Origin: Nitrospinales bacterium
Lineage (GTDB): Bacteria; Nitrospinota; Nitrospinia; Nitrospinales; VA-1
NCBI GenBank assembly: GCA_965223795.1
Contig: CBDCXL010000002.1
Coordinates: 480,001 to 544,000, forward strand
Reading direction: 5' to 3'
Length of the DNA stretch: 64,000 nucleotides
Of the stretch, positions 11,108 to 21,789 are shown one piece after another; position 1 is the first letter of the stretch; each line of letters starts with the position of its first letter. A model generated the notes under the pieces. That model did no database searches, was not told the origin of the DNA, and worked only from the letters and a program-made list of their open reading frames with translations. A program made the position numbers and the translations under genes.

Positions 11108-12838
11108 TTACGGGATGATATCGCGTTTGACTTTGCCTTCGTCATACATCTTCCGCGTACGCTTGGTCATCCACACCAGCCAACCCTGCAGTCCGACGAA
11201 AACGACTGCCATGATCGGAGGCATGTAGTACAGGGACTTGGGAAGCGCCGGCTTCAAAATGGTGTAGTACCACGTTGAAATTGCCATGTGCTCGTCTTTT
11301 TCCTTGTCCCTGCCGGCCCACTGCATGAAAGACACCGGAATGAACTGTTCGGCAGGAATCTGCACGTCCGTTTCGGTGTGTTCGTTGGTCAGCGTCCGTT
11401 TGACAAGGATTTTGACACGGCCCTGATGGAAAATCGAATCGACGATTTCAACCGTCGGCGCGTGTTCTTTCGGAGTCAAGGCATCGAAACCGTTGCCGTT
11501 GAACTCCTCCACCTTGGCATCCAACTGATAGCCTGCTTCGTTGGGCGGGTTGGTGGCGTTGTAGTCTTTGGTCAAGAAATTAACCTTCCAGACATCCACG
11601 GGCTTTTTGGAATCGCCGAAGATGAAATACGGCTTTTCCGCACCGAACAGATCCTGAAGCTTGGCGGGCCACTGCATGGCCACCGCATCGGGATACTCAG
11701 AATCCGTGGACATGAAGCGCTGGTGGTACTCGATCAAAAAATAAACCGCGCCTTCCTCGGCACTCCAGCGGGAAGAAATCCAGAGATTGTCCACCTTGGG
11801 ATCGAAGTTCCGGTTGCCGCGGGTGATCTGACCGGCCAGGGCGACGTAGTTCTTCCTGGGATTGCCTTCCATCTCCTCGGGCCATGCTTTGATCTCCGGA
11901 TCGTCGTCGGGAGCGGCCCACATGGGATCGTTCATATCCGTGGCCACTTTACCCTCGGTGTATTCGGAACTGATGAGGAAGTCCGGCACCGGTTTGTTGG
12001 TCAGCTTATCGATCTTTTTACGCGGACACAGGGAGTTGACGAAAGCCGCCAGCTTCCACCGGTCCTCAAGGGTGATCTGGTCCTTGAAGTTGGGCATCGG
12101 CGTTCCGTTCAGACCGGTGGAGATGGTGCGCACCACGTTGAACGGATCGAAATGCTGCCGCCGGCTGCCGCGGAAGTTCCAGCACTGCTGCCAGTCGGCC
12201 GCAAGGATCGGGAAGCCCCAGTCGTCCTTCATGGTGGGGTTGCCGTCTCCGCGCCCTTCGCCGCCGTGGCACTCAAAACACTTATTTTTGATGAAGATCT
12301 CTTTACCCGCATCGATGTCTTCCTGGGGGATGCCCAGATGATACGGCCCCACGGAATTCCAGGGGTTTTGCCCGAAATCCTGCTGAAAGAGCTCTTCGTC
12401 TTCAGAGTCGTTGAAATCACGGTCCTGAACCAAGGTCTTGACAAAGTTCACCACCGCGACGATTTCATCCTCGCTCAGGATACCCTGCCAGGGAGGCATC
12501 GCCGAACCGGGCAGTCCGTTTTTGACCGTACGGATGAGGTCGTCTTCCAGGGGAAGCTCACCGGAATCGGTCCAGCGGATTTTGAAGGTACCCTGAATGA
12601 AGTTACGGGGACGCGTGAACAGACGGTCCGCCGCCGGTCCGTCGCCGCCGCCTTCAACGCCATGACACCAAACGCAACGCTTGAAGTAGGTCAATTTACC
12701 CAGCTCAAGCAGGTCCTCCTTGACAGGATCCGGCGCCTGCTGGGCGAAGAGGCTTCCCGGCGCGCAGATCAAGGCGATCACGGCAAAACACAAAAGCCAT
12801 TTCATCGTTTTATTCTTATTCATGACATCCTTTTCCAT
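11108..12838 (-). CDS. Diheme cytochrome c fused to a DOMON/EbdC-like heme b domain, C-terminal TM (alternative NxrC-like)
   Basis: CVWCH and CFECH; RPRNF..G.FK, GLPGSAMP; DAVAMQWP..EKPYFIFGD..PVDVW; signal peptide and C-terminal anchor. Confidence 0.8.
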   Translation of the reverse strand: MEKDVMNKNKTMKWLLCFAVIALICAPGSLFAQQAPDPVKEDLLELGKLTYFKRCVWCHGVEGGGDGPAADRLFTRPRNFIQGTFKIRWTDSGELPLEDDLIRTVKNGLPGSAMPPWQGILSEDEIVAVVNFVKTLVQDRDFNDSEDEELFQQDFGQNPWNSVGPYHLGIPQEDIDAGKEIFIKNKCFECHGGEGRGDGNPTMKDDWGFPILAADWQQCWNFRGSRRQHFDPFNVVRTISTGLNGTPMPNFKDQITLEDRWKLAAFVNSLCPRKKIDKLTNKPVPDFLISSEYTEGKVATDMNDPMWAAPDDDPEIKAWPEEMEGNPRKNYVALAGQITRGNRNFDPKVDNLWISSRWSAEEGAVYFLIEYHQRFMSTDSEYPDAVAMQWPAKLQDLFGAEKPYFIFGDSKKPVDVWKVNFLTKDYNATNPPNEAGYQLDAKVEEFNGNGFDALTPKEHAPTVEIVDSIFHQGRVKILVKRTLTNEHTETDVQIPAEQFIPVSFMQWAGRDKEKDEHMAISTWYYTILKPALPKSLYYMPPIMAVVFVGLQGWLVWMTKRTRKMYDEGKVKRDIIP

Positions 12839-12878
12839 AATTGATAAAGGTTAATGAAATCGTTACGAGATCACCCGA

Positions 12879-13889
12879 TCATCCACCACCGCCGGTCCGG
12901 CCTTCTTTTTCAAACTGACCCACGTAGGATTCTTCGGTGTCGAATGTTCTCGGATGCCATCCGGTGTACCAGTATTCGAACAGGATGACCTTCCAGATCT
13001 CCTCGGTCGTCAAATGCTCTTCCCAGGGGGGCATTGCAGATGACCACGGAGTGGATTCGTTGGGAAGTCCCGGTCCGCCTTTGGACACACGCCAAAATAA
13101 GAATGATTCCCTCAACATCGCGATCGTTCCCGGATCGACAAAGTTTGCAGGAGTCGGATTGAATACATGGGAAAACATGCCGATGCCGTTGAGCTGATCG
13201 CCGTGGCAATAATGGCAGTTCTCGAAGAATACCGTACCGCCTTCGGTCACGTTTTTCATGTACTCGAACTTATCCACATCGAGAAAAGGAAAACTGTTTT
13301 TATAGTTGTCCTGCTCGTCGATCCGGAATGGGTTTCTGGAGGTTTCCAGGACGTAAGTCTTGCCATGCACCTTGGTGGAGGCCGGAGGTGCGGGATGCAC
13401 CGTCCTCAATTCCACTGGTTCCTGGAATGTCGGGTAAATGGCTTTGTAGGTCGCGAATCCCACGAGAATCGGCAGCAACGTGAAGACGAGGATGCGTGCG
13501 ATTTTGTAATCGCCGACGATCGTTTTCACGATGGGTTTGCGGAACTCACGGAACGTGATGGGATCCTGACTGATGTACAAAAAGGTGCCGATGGACCAAA
13601 GCATCATGTAGGTGATGAAGAGGGTCCAGGGGATCGGCGGATACAGTACATATTTGTAGAAGTACCACCCCATCAACCACACCGCCAGGGCGTTCAAGGA
13701 GATGGGTGGTTTCAGTCTCAGCGCAATATTGATCGCGATGATCGCTGCGCAGAGAAGAATGTAATACGTGTATCTGTTGAACACCCACGAAAATTCCTCG
13801 ATCACGAAGATCTGCTGGAACAGGAAATTGTGGAACACCAGAATGGTGCCAACAAATACGAGGAAACTGACAAAAGTCTTGTTCATCAT
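12879..13889 (-). CDS. Membrane protein with C-terminal cytochrome c domain
   Basis: About 5 TM followed by CHYCH and SAMPPWE. Confidence 0.85.
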   Translation of the reverse strand: MMNKTFVSFLVFVGTILVFHNFLFQQIFVIEEFSWVFNRYTYYILLCAAIIAINIALRLKPPISLNALAVWLMGWYFYKYVLYPPIPWTLFITYMMLWSIGTFLYISQDPITFREFRKPIVKTIVGDYKIARILVFTLLPILVGFATYKAIYPTFQEPVELRTVHPAPPASTKVHGKTYVLETSRNPFRIDEQDNYKNSFPFLDVDKFEYMKNVTEGGTVFFENCHYCHGDQLNGIGMFSHVFNPTPANFVDPGTIAMLRESFLFWRVSKGGPGLPNESTPWSSAMPPWEEHLTTEEIWKVILFEYWYTGWHPRTFDTEESYVGQFEKEGRTGGGG

Positions 13890-13900
13890 CCTCTCCTATA

Positions 13901-15262
13901 TTAACCCTCAGGTGGCGCTTCGGTTTCACTGATAAAATCCACCAGTTTGTCCAGTGCTGTGACGGAAAGCTGGTTGGCGAAGGTGGTCGGCATCAATCCG
14001 TCCGGATACGATTCGCCCGCTGCCTCGTTGAAGACGACAAAGGCGCCGGGATTGAGGATCGATTCCCTCACGTATTCCTTCGTGTTGGTCGCGCTTCCCT
14101 TGTAATTGGGGTCCTTCATGCGCTCGGGGGCATTGGTCTTCTCATGCAACGGCGGACCAAGCTCGCCCACCGCTCCCTCGACTCCGGGAATGGTGTGGCA
14201 CAGCGGACAACCCAACGTGTTGATCATCTGATCGATCGGCTCGGTGCCGTCGACGAAGACACGTTCATCCCCGCCACCACCGTCTGCCGGAGCTTCAGCC
14301 ACAGCGGGCTGATCCGTGGGCAGCGGCACGGTGACCTTGGAGAAGTCGCCGGGGGTTTCCCGCGACTGCAGCCAGGCGATGACCGCGTTGACCTCGATCG
14401 GGCTCAAGCTGATCGGCGGCTTGGTGATGACGGGCATCGGACTTTTGACATCGCCCGCGCTACCGAAGCCTTCGACCACGTAACAAGAGGGACACATCAT
14501 GGATTCGCGGATGTAATCCTCGCTGGTCATCTCTTCTCCGGCATCGGCACGGCGGTACTCCGCCTGAACCTCACCGGGTTTGCCCTTGATGACCCCGGTT
14601 GCGGGGTCCTTTTCACCAATGGCAAACGGACTGTTTTTATAACGGTCCTCCGCAACCCGTTCGGCACCGCGTTCGGCGATCCCAAACAGGTTCGGGCAGC
14701 GGCCGATGTGATCGGAAGACTCGAAGGTGTGACAGAGCGGGCACTGGCCTTTGCCAATGGATTTCTGACCGGCGACCTGCTCGGCGCCGAAGATGATGAC
14801 CCGGCCCATTTCCGCGTACTCTTCCATCGTCAGGTTCGACGTGTCGAGAGCCACTTCCTTGGGCGGCGGATCACTTCTCTGCTGCGGCAGCCAGTTGGTG
14901 TAACCGGCCAGAAGGACCGACACCGTCGTCCAGAAGAAAAACGCCCGGATGAGCGGCGGCGACTGGTGCTCGACCTTCTGGTTCTTGAAGAACATGCCCC
15001 AGGCCAGAAGGATGACGAAAACGGTCAACACCTGGTACTTGAAGAAGAAACCGATCTGCTCGGTCTGCACCAGGTCAAACATATGGACCGTTTCCCAAAA
15101 GCTCAAGAGTGCCAACACACCGAAGAGCGTTCCCCACACCTTGGCATTCACCGCGTCGTTTTCGCGGCAGTGCTTGATCACACTGCCGAAAACGAAGAAC
15201 GCGAATCCTGTGTACGCCAAGGTGAGAAACGTCCACAGTATGTCTTGCTGTTCAGGTAGCAT
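13901..15262 (-). CDS. Membrane-anchored diheme cytochrome c
   Basis: About 4 N-terminal TM, two CPLCH motifs, YIRES/YVRES...MP repeats. Confidence 0.85.
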   Translation of the reverse strand: MLPEQQDILWTFLTLAYTGFAFFVFGSVIKHCRENDAVNAKVWGTLFGVLALLSFWETVHMFDLVQTEQIGFFFKYQVLTVFVILLAWGMFFKNQKVEHQSPPLIRAFFFWTTVSVLLAGYTNWLPQQRSDPPPKEVALDTSNLTMEEYAEMGRVIIFGAEQVAGQKSIGKGQCPLCHTFESSDHIGRCPNLFGIAERGAERVAEDRYKNSPFAIGEKDPATGVIKGKPGEVQAEYRRADAGEEMTSEDYIRESMMCPSCYVVEGFGSAGDVKSPMPVITKPPISLSPIEVNAVIAWLQSRETPGDFSKVTVPLPTDQPAVAEAPADGGGGDERVFVDGTEPIDQMINTLGCPLCHTIPGVEGAVGELGPPLHEKTNAPERMKDPNYKGSATNTKEYVRESILNPGAFVVFNEAAGESYPDGLMPTTFANQLSVTALDKLVDFISETEAPPEG

Positions 15263-15311
15263 TCCTTTTTCCCCTCCTAAATTAGGGTTCTATGTTGACC
15301 TTAATAACCCG

Positions 15312-17288
15312 TCACTGTTGCTGTTGAGCCGGTACCGGCACGCCTTCCGTGACATCGGCCTCTTTCTTTTTGGCCGTCAACGAAGCGATCCAGAAGACGA
15401 TGACAAACTGCACCCAGACGAACAGGGTGTTGAAGGTAAGGATCTTACCCGCTTCACCGATGGTCAGGGTGTAGGCGTCCGGAGAGTTATCCCGCACAAC
15501 TTCCGTCACGTGCCAGAACAGGCGCACTGCGGAGCGGATATAACCCATGAGACCCATCAGCCAGGTAAATGAAATTGCCAGAAGGAAGATGGCGTAGGTG
15601 CCCACTTTGGACTGGGTACCCCATTGAATCTCGCCATAGGACTCGGAATCCTTGAACATGGAAATATTGATTGCCGTTCCAGCAAACAGTGTGGTCAGGG
15701 TTGTGGTGACCTGAGGAACGGAGAGTCCCACCCTCTGGTTGGCGGGGAGAAAGTAACCATAGACGCCGAGGAAGATGATGTTGATGGCCGCGCCGACAAA
15801 AATGGCCGCGATCCAGCAGTTACCCACGGTCGCCCAGGGAACGGTGATCTTCTTGTTGGACCTCTGGTACAGCAGAAAACACAGAACGGTACAGGTGATC
15901 ATCAGGTTCACCGCTGTGTTCTTCGCCGACATGACGCCAAAGTGTCCGACAATGGGATGCTGTGCGCCACCCATTGCCTTGAGTTCCGCTGGCGTCATCA
16001 CGATGGTGTGCGGGGTCATCCACATGGTGAAGCACACGATCAACAGCAGGACCATGTACTTACAATACTTCATGTAGCGGTGCGACCCCTTGACGCGCGA
16101 CATGCCGTTATGCAGATACGAGTTGGCTCCGAAGAACAGCAATCCGATCATAACGGCCTGAATGATGAACAGCCATGCCATGATGCCGCCCATCAGGGTG
16201 ATGCCCATCTGCTGCCGGAACGCGTACACTTCTTTCATGAGCCAGTAGCCCGCGAACGGCAGAGGGATCAAACCGAAAATCGCGATGAACATCGCGACGT
16301 AACAAACCCAGTCGTAATGCGCTTTCTCCTCTTCGGTCTTGGCGGTCAGGTAATGATAGGCCGCGTACGCGCCGACGATGCCGCCGCCGAACACGATGTT
16401 GCCGAGGATCCTGTGAACGCCGACCGGGTTCCACAGGGTGGAGTGAATGACATGCCAGATGTTGCCGAGGAACCGGCCCTGCTCATCGATGCCGCCGGGA
16501 GCCTGCATGAAGGTGGCCCAGGAGTTGGCGAGGTACATGAGAACCGTACCGACCAGGTTGAGCAGAACGGAAAGCGAGCAGTGGATCCACTTCAGGAACA
16601 TGTCGTCTTTCATTTTGTCCCAGCCGTAGTAGTACACATACAGGATGCCGCTCTCGGCGAGGAACATCAGCGCATAAACGTGCATGACAGGCCGGAAAAT
16701 GCTTGCCATGTATTTGAAGAATCCGGGGAACAGAGTGATGAAGGTGAAGAGAAGGATACCGCCGAGAATCGCGGTCCAGGAGTAAGCGGTGAGGCTGACC
16801 TTCATCAGGTCGTGAGACAGCTTGTCGTACTTCTCGGACATGATCGGATCGCTCTCACGGGTACGAATACCGATGAATTCGATGATCATACAGAAGATCG
16901 GCACCGCGAGAACAAAGCTGCCGAAGTAAAGGTGCTGCTGGTTGGCGATCCAAAGGATCATGCGGCTGGGAGCGAATTCATACGCATTGTAATCGTTCTC
17001 CGTCAGCTCGGGAGCGGGAGGACCGCTCACAGGCCCCTTCAGAGGGTTGCCTTCCCAGTCTTTGTAAAAGACGTCCTGACTCCATTCAATCTCAGGCTCG
17101 CCCTCTCCTTCCGCCGCTTCTTCCTGCGCGCTCACTTCCTTCGCGAAGGCTTCTTCAGCGAAAGCCTGTCCTGCGTATGCCTCTTTGGCTTGAACCTCGC
17201 CGACCATACCCGGTAACAGGTAAATTCCTAAGGCCAGCATCAATCCAAATAGGAACGCTCCGTTTCGTCTCGTCTGTTTCCCCAGCAT
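15312..17288 (-). CDS. Cytochrome bd-like oxidase subunit I (CydA-like)
   Basis: HLYFGSFVLAVP, FLAES..LYVYYYGWD, ANSWATFMQAP, HRILGNI, MGYIRS..R..W; SD GGAGG before ATG 17288. Confidence 0.85.
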   Translation of the reverse strand: MLGKQTRRNGAFLFGLMLALGIYLLPGMVGEVQAKEAYAGQAFAEEAFAKEVSAQEEAAEGEGEPEIEWSQDVFYKDWEGNPLKGPVSGPPAPELTENDYNAYEFAPSRMILWIANQQHLYFGSFVLAVPIFCMIIEFIGIRTRESDPIMSEKYDKLSHDLMKVSLTAYSWTAILGGILLFTFITLFPGFFKYMASIFRPVMHVYALMFLAESGILYVYYYGWDKMKDDMFLKWIHCSLSVLLNLVGTVLMYLANSWATFMQAPGGIDEQGRFLGNIWHVIHSTLWNPVGVHRILGNIVFGGGIVGAYAAYHYLTAKTEEEKAHYDWVCYVAMFIAIFGLIPLPFAGYWLMKEVYAFRQQMGITLMGGIMAWLFIIQAVMIGLLFFGANSYLHNGMSRVKGSHRYMKYCKYMVLLLIVCFTMWMTPHTIVMTPAELKAMGGAQHPIVGHFGVMSAKNTAVNLMITCTVLCFLLYQRSNKKITVPWATVGNCWIAAIFVGAAINIIFLGVYGYFLPANQRVGLSVPQVTTTLTTLFAGTAINISMFKDSESYGEIQWGTQSKVGTYAIFLLAISFTWLMGLMGYIRSAVRLFWHVTEVVRDNSPDAYTLTIGEAGKILTFNTLFVWVQFVIVFWIASLTAKKKEADVTEGVPVPAQQQQ

Positions 17289-17735
17289 CACTTTGACCTC
17301 CTTTTGGACCCCGTCGGGCCCTCCAAAAATTTGGGAAATCTGGATCATATTTCTAAAAAAATTCTAAAAAAAAGTTTGCAGCAAACTGGACTTATTGTGA
17401 CTCAAATTCTATTTCAGGATAACCGGTTTATTGATGACACTCGACTCTTTTAAAACCCGTTCAAAAAGGGTGTTTTTTGACGACTCAGAAACTGTTTTTT
17501 TCTCCACAACCACCAAATGAAATAAGCCCGGTTAAAATGGCAACAATCCGCACGCTGCCATCCCAGACACCGGTCTTTTAACTGTTGATTTTTTATGAAC
17601 TTTTGCGATTAATCCTTAAATTTGCCTCAGCGCGTTTTCGGCCCAGACTAATGGAAATTTTCGCATTATTTATCATAGGCATCTGGGCATGTCAAGATAA
17701 TTTAAAATTGCTATGAATTACTAAAAACAGGGTTC

Positions 17736-19040
17736 TTAGCTCCCGTCTGAAGGGCTCCCGTCCACCCTTTTTTTCACCGCCTCGGCGTGTGCCTCGAGGT
17801 CCTCCATGCGGGCCAGAATTTCCACCTGCCCGCAGGCCTTTTCCAGCGCTTTTTTCGTATAACCGATAATGCTGGTCCGTTTGATGAAATCATAGACCCC
17901 CAAAGGCGATGAAAACCGGGCGGTGCCGCTGGTGGGCAGCACGTGGTTGGGGCCGGCGAGGTAGTCTCCCAGCGCCTCGGGCGTGTAATGCCCCAGAAAC
18001 ACGGCTCCTGCGTGGCGGATTCGATCGGCCCACTGTCTTGGGTTTTCCACAGCCAGCTCCAGGTGTTCCGGGGCCATGCGATTGGCCAGATCGACGGCGT
18101 CGTCCAGCGAAGCCACCACGAACGTCCGGCACTGTTCTTTGAGCGAAACCTCAACGATGGCTTTGCGTCCGAGCTTCTGCTTCTGTTTATCGAGCTGCCC
18201 GGCCACCTGACCGGCGAGCTTTGCGGAGGGCGTCACCAGGATGGGCACCGCCTCTTCGTCGTGCTCGGCCTGGGAAAGCAGGTCCGCCGCCACATAATCG
18301 GCGCGGGCGCTGTCGTCGGCGACGATGAGAATTTCGCTGGGACCGGCGATCATGTCGATGTCCACCACGCCGAACACCATGCGCTTGGCGAGGGCCACAT
18401 AGATGTTGCCGGGGCCGACGATCTTGTCCACTTTGGGAACCGTCCCGGTACCAAAAGCCAGGGCGGCCACAGCCTGCGCGCCGCCGACTCTGTAGATCGC
18501 ATCGACGCCGGCGATATCGGCGGCGACGTAAACGTGCGGGCTGGATTCGCCGCCGGGAGCGGGGTTCACCATGACCACGTTCTCCACGCCGGCCACGCGG
18601 GCGGGAATGGCGTTCATCAGCACGGAGGACGGATACGACGCCTTGCCGCCGGGAACGTAGATCCCCACGGTTTCCAGCGGACGCACCTGTTGGCCCAACA
18701 GGACGCCTTGCTCTTCGTACTGCCAGGATTCCTGAGTCTGCTTCTGGTGAAACCGGCGGATGTTTTCCGCCGCAGCGCGCAGGGCGTCCACTTCTTTTTC
18801 ATCGACGGCGGCGTAGGCGTTTTTGATCTCTTCAGCCGACACGCGCAGGGTCTCGGGCGTGAGCTCGCTCCTGTCGAAGCGGTGCGTGTACTCGATCAGC
18901 GCCGCGTCGCCTTCTTTCTGCACCGCTTGCAAAATTTCGCGCACGGTGGCGTCGTGAACGGAAAAATCCACGCTGGCGCGGTCCACGACGGCGGCCACCT
19001 GGGAATCGAAATCCGCATCCTTATAATTGTGAATCTTCAT
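17736..19040 (-). CDS. hisD: Histidinol dehydrogenase
   Basis: [36 protein letters not shown]. Confidence 0.98.
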   Translation of the reverse strand: MKIHNYKDADFDSQVAAVVDRASVDFSVHDATVREILQAVQKEGDAALIEYTHRFDRSELTPETLRVSAEEIKNAYAAVDEKEVDALRAAAENIRRFHQKQTQESWQYEEQGVLLGQQVRPLETVGIYVPGGKASYPSSVLMNAIPARVAGVENVVMVNPAPGGESSPHVYVAADIAGVDAIYRVGGAQAVAALAFGTGTVPKVDKIVGPGNIYVALAKRMVFGVVDIDMIAGPSEILIVADDSARADYVAADLLSQAEHDEEAVPILVTPSAKLAGQVAGQLDKQKQKLGRKAIVEVSLKEQCRTFVVASLDDAVDLANRMAPEHLELAVENPRQWADRIRHAGAVFLGHYTPEALGDYLAGPNHVLPTSGTARFSSPLGVYDFIKRTSIIGYTKKALEKACGQVEILARMEDLEAHAEAVKKRVDGSPSDGS

Positions 19041-19070
19041 AAAAATTTCAGCGTGCCCATTGGGGCAAGT

Positions 19071-19772
19071 TCAGAGCCGGGCGCCTTCTTGTTTGAGGTC
19101 GAGTTCTTTTAAAAACGCCCCGGTGTCGCTGTCTTCCCGCAGGCCGGATTGAGCGATCAGTTCGAGGTGGGTTTTCAGAAACAGAAGATCCTCTTTGCGG
19201 TCCACATCGTACCAGGGCGGCAGCACCTTAAGGCTCACCCCCAGGGCCCGCACCCGATCGAGGGTCTGGCGCAGCACGTGCCCGGATCCCCAGTCCACGT
19301 CCCGCATCACGTCCACAAACGGTTTCGCCATGCCGATGAGATAATAGCCGCCGTCGGTGCTGGGGCCCAGCGTCAGGTCTTTGGACGAAGCCAGCGCGCG
19401 TTCGATGTATTCTTTCGGCAGCGTGGGGCTGTCCGAACCGATGATGACAACCTTTTCATAACCTTGCGCAAACCGCGACTCGAACGCGTGCCGCATTTTC
19501 TCGCCCAGATCCTTGCCCTGCTGGTCGAACACCGTGATCGAGGGCTCCCGGTCCAGGCCGGAGAAGAAGCCGGACAGGTTGGAGGGCGAGACGCCGATGA
19601 AGCGGTCCGCTCCTTCTATGGAACGGATCAGCCGGATGCTGTCCTTTAAAAAGCAGGTGTACAATTTGAGCACGGAATCCGGGTCGAGGCCGTCCTCAAG
19701 CCGGGTTTTCACCTGGCCAATCACCGGATCGCGGGCAAACAGGATGAGCGCCTGGCTATTCATTTCCGGCAT
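19071..19772 (-). CDS. DUF2064/TIGR04282-type glycosyltransferase-like protein
   Basis: FARDP..GQVKTRL, QQGKDLGEKM, IGSDSP, LGPSTDGGYYLIG, WYDVD. Confidence 0.85.
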   Translation of the reverse strand: MPEMNSQALILFARDPVIGQVKTRLEDGLDPDSVLKLYTCFLKDSIRLIRSIEGADRFIGVSPSNLSGFFSGLDREPSITVFDQQGKDLGEKMRHAFESRFAQGYEKVVIIGSDSPTLPKEYIERALASSKDLTLGPSTDGGYYLIGMAKPFVDVMRDVDWGSGHVLRQTLDRVRALGVSLKVLPPWYDVDRKEDLLFLKTHLELIAQSGLREDSDTGAFLKELDLKQEGARL

Positions 19773-19796
19773 GGTATTTTGCTGCTGACAAAGGAA

Positions 19797-19825
19797 TTGA
19801 CTCCCCCACGCAAACCCCCTAGAAT
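19797..19825 (+). promoter_or_regulatory. Sigma-70 promoter of the PAP2/LPS operon
   Basis: TTGACT-17 bp-TAGAAT. Confidence 0.65.
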
Positions 19826-19865
19826 TTAAAGCGCAATAGTTACAATCATTTCAAGGAGATCCGCT

Positions 19866-20450
19866 ATTTTCGGGCAATGGGACATCGACGTATTCTACTG
19901 GATCAATACGCATTTTCAATCCCCGATCTTCCGAAAATTCATGGAGTTCATCTCCATCAAGCAGAATTTCGTGGTGCCGGGGATCGTTCTGGCGGTGCTG
20001 ATCCTGTTTGTGTGGAAAAAACGCGGGCTGGCGTTTCTGGTCTCCGGCGCGATCGTGGTGGGCCTCAACGATTTCATTTCGCACCAGATCCTCAAAGAAA
20101 TTTTCGCGCGCCCGCGGCCCTGCCACACCCTGACCGATTTCAACCATATCGTGAACTGCTCGAACAGCTTTTCGTTTCCCTCCAACCACGCCAGCAACCT
20201 GTTCACCTTCGCCACGTTGATGACGCTGTGCTTTCGCAACACGGTGTTTCTGGTGTACACGATGGCGCTGCTGGTCGGGTATTCGCGGGTGTACCTGGGG
20301 GTGCACTATCCCTCGGATGTCCTGGGCGGGGCGGTTTGTGGTATTGTTATGGGAATTTTGGGCTACAAATACGTGTACCGGCGTCTTCTGGGATTCCTGA
20401 AAGTAAAACCGGCGGACCGGAACCCGATGAAGCCAGGGCTTCCACTGTGA
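19866..20450 (+). CDS. PAP2-family phosphatase (possible ATT start; first ATG is 19941)
   Basis: K...RPRP, SFPSNH, SRVYLGVHYPSDV motifs. Confidence 0.88.
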   Translation: MFGQWDIDVFYWINTHFQSPIFRKFMEFISIKQNFVVPGIVLAVLILFVWKKRGLAFLVSGAIVVGLNDFISHQILKEIFARPRPCHTLTDFNHIVNCSNSFSFPSNHASNLFTFATLMTLCFRNTVFLVYTMALLVGYSRVYLGVHYPSDVLGGAVCGIVMGILGYKYVYRRLLGFLKVKPADRNPMKPGLPL

Positions 20451-20488
20451 AGTGAACCGAATCTTTTCACTGCACCGCGCTTTCGTCC

Positions 20489-21565
20489 ATGACTCCTGCC
20501 GCGAAACGATTTCTCATCATCCGACCAAGTTCCCTGGGGGACGTGGTGCACGCGCTGCCGGCGCTGCGCACGCTGCGCGCCAACCACCCGAAGGCGCACA
20601 TCGCCTGGCTGATCGAGGAACGCTACCGCGATCTTTTGCACGGCAACCCGGATCTGAACGCCGTCATCGAAGTGCGCACGAAAGTCTGGCGCAAGCGCCT
20701 CAACCTGGAAACGCTGAGCGAGATCCGCGACACCATCCGTTATATAAAAGAACAGCGCTTCGATACGGTGTTCGATCTGACCGGGCTGTTCAAAAGCGGG
20801 CTCATCGCCTGGCTGTCCGGCGCTCCCAAAAGGATCGGCTTTCACAAACGGGATCTGAAGGAATCGGCCAGCGCCTGGTTCACCAACCAAAAGGCCGACA
20901 CCGTGACTCCCGAGCATGTGGTGGACCGCTACCGGGAGCTCATCCTGCTTGCGGGCGGCGATAAAACGCTCGATACGTTTCCGTTTTTTTCGGTGCCGCC
21001 GGAATGCCGCAGGCGGGTGGCGGCGTTTTTCGACGAAGACCCGGAATTTTCCCGGCGTCCGGTCGCGGCGGTCAACCCCGGAGCGGGATTTCCCTCGAAG
21101 CTGTGGAAGCCGGAGCGGTTCGCGGCCGTCGCCGACCGGCTGGTGCAGGAGCTTGGATTTTCGGTGCTGATCACCTGGGGGCCGGGCGAGAAAGAGCTCG
21201 CGGAAGCGATCGCCGGCCGCATGAACGCACCGCACAAACTGGCGCCCGAGACCAGCATCCTCGAATCGATCGCGCTGTACCGCAGGCTGGCGCTGATGAT
21301 CAGCTGCGATTCGGGCCCGCTGCATCTGTGCGCGGCGCTGGGCGTTCCGACGGTGGCGCTGTTCGGGCCGACGGACCCCTTGCGCAACGGTCCTTACGGT
21401 GCGGGACACGCCACGATCATGAATGATTTGCCGTGCAGCCACTGCTGGAAGAAAACCTGTCCCTTAAAGACCGATGAGTGCATGGAGACGATTTCCGTGG
21501 ATGCGGTGTTTCAGGCGGCGGAACGCATCGCGGCGCAATGCGGCAAAGCCATTCCTTCTTCTTAA
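20489..21565 (+). CDS. GT9 LPS heptosyltransferase (WaaC/WaaF-like)
   Basis: SSLGDVVHALP, DSGPLHL.AALG.PTVALFGPT. Confidence 0.92.
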   Translation: MTPAAKRFLIIRPSSLGDVVHALPALRTLRANHPKAHIAWLIEERYRDLLHGNPDLNAVIEVRTKVWRKRLNLETLSEIRDTIRYIKEQRFDTVFDLTGLFKSGLIAWLSGAPKRIGFHKRDLKESASAWFTNQKADTVTPEHVVDRYRELILLAGGDKTLDTFPFFSVPPECRRRVAAFFDEDPEFSRRPVAAVNPGAGFPSKLWKPERFAAVADRLVQELGFSVLITWGPGEKELAEAIAGRMNAPHKLAPETSILESIALYRRLALMISCDSGPLHLCAALGVPTVALFGPTDPLRNGPYGAGHATIMNDLPCSHCWKKTCPLKTDECMETISVDAVFQAAERIAAQCGKAIPSS

Positions 21566-21592
21566 AAGAGATCAAGACAAAGAGGTGACCCG

Positions 21593-21763
21593 ATGTCGAT
21601 AGACAAAGAACTGCTTGAAATTCTCGTCTGCCCCAAATGCAAGGGCGACCTGACGCTGCCGCCTGAAGAGGACGGGCTCATCTGCAACGCCTGCAAGCTG
21701 AAATACCCGATCAAGGACGACATTCCCATCATGCTGATCGACGAAGCGCTGCCGCTTGACTGA
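21593..21763 (+). CDS. Trm112/YcaR-family small protein (missed by the ORF track)
   Basis: MSIDKELLEILVCPKCKGDL...YPIKDDIPIMLIDEA, 56 aa; SD AGAGG. Confidence 0.92.
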   Translation: MSIDKELLEILVCPKCKGDLTLPPEEDGLICNACKLKYPIKDDIPIMLIDEALPLD

Positions 21764-21789
21764 ACCCGCCCTCTCCCACCGCCGACACC

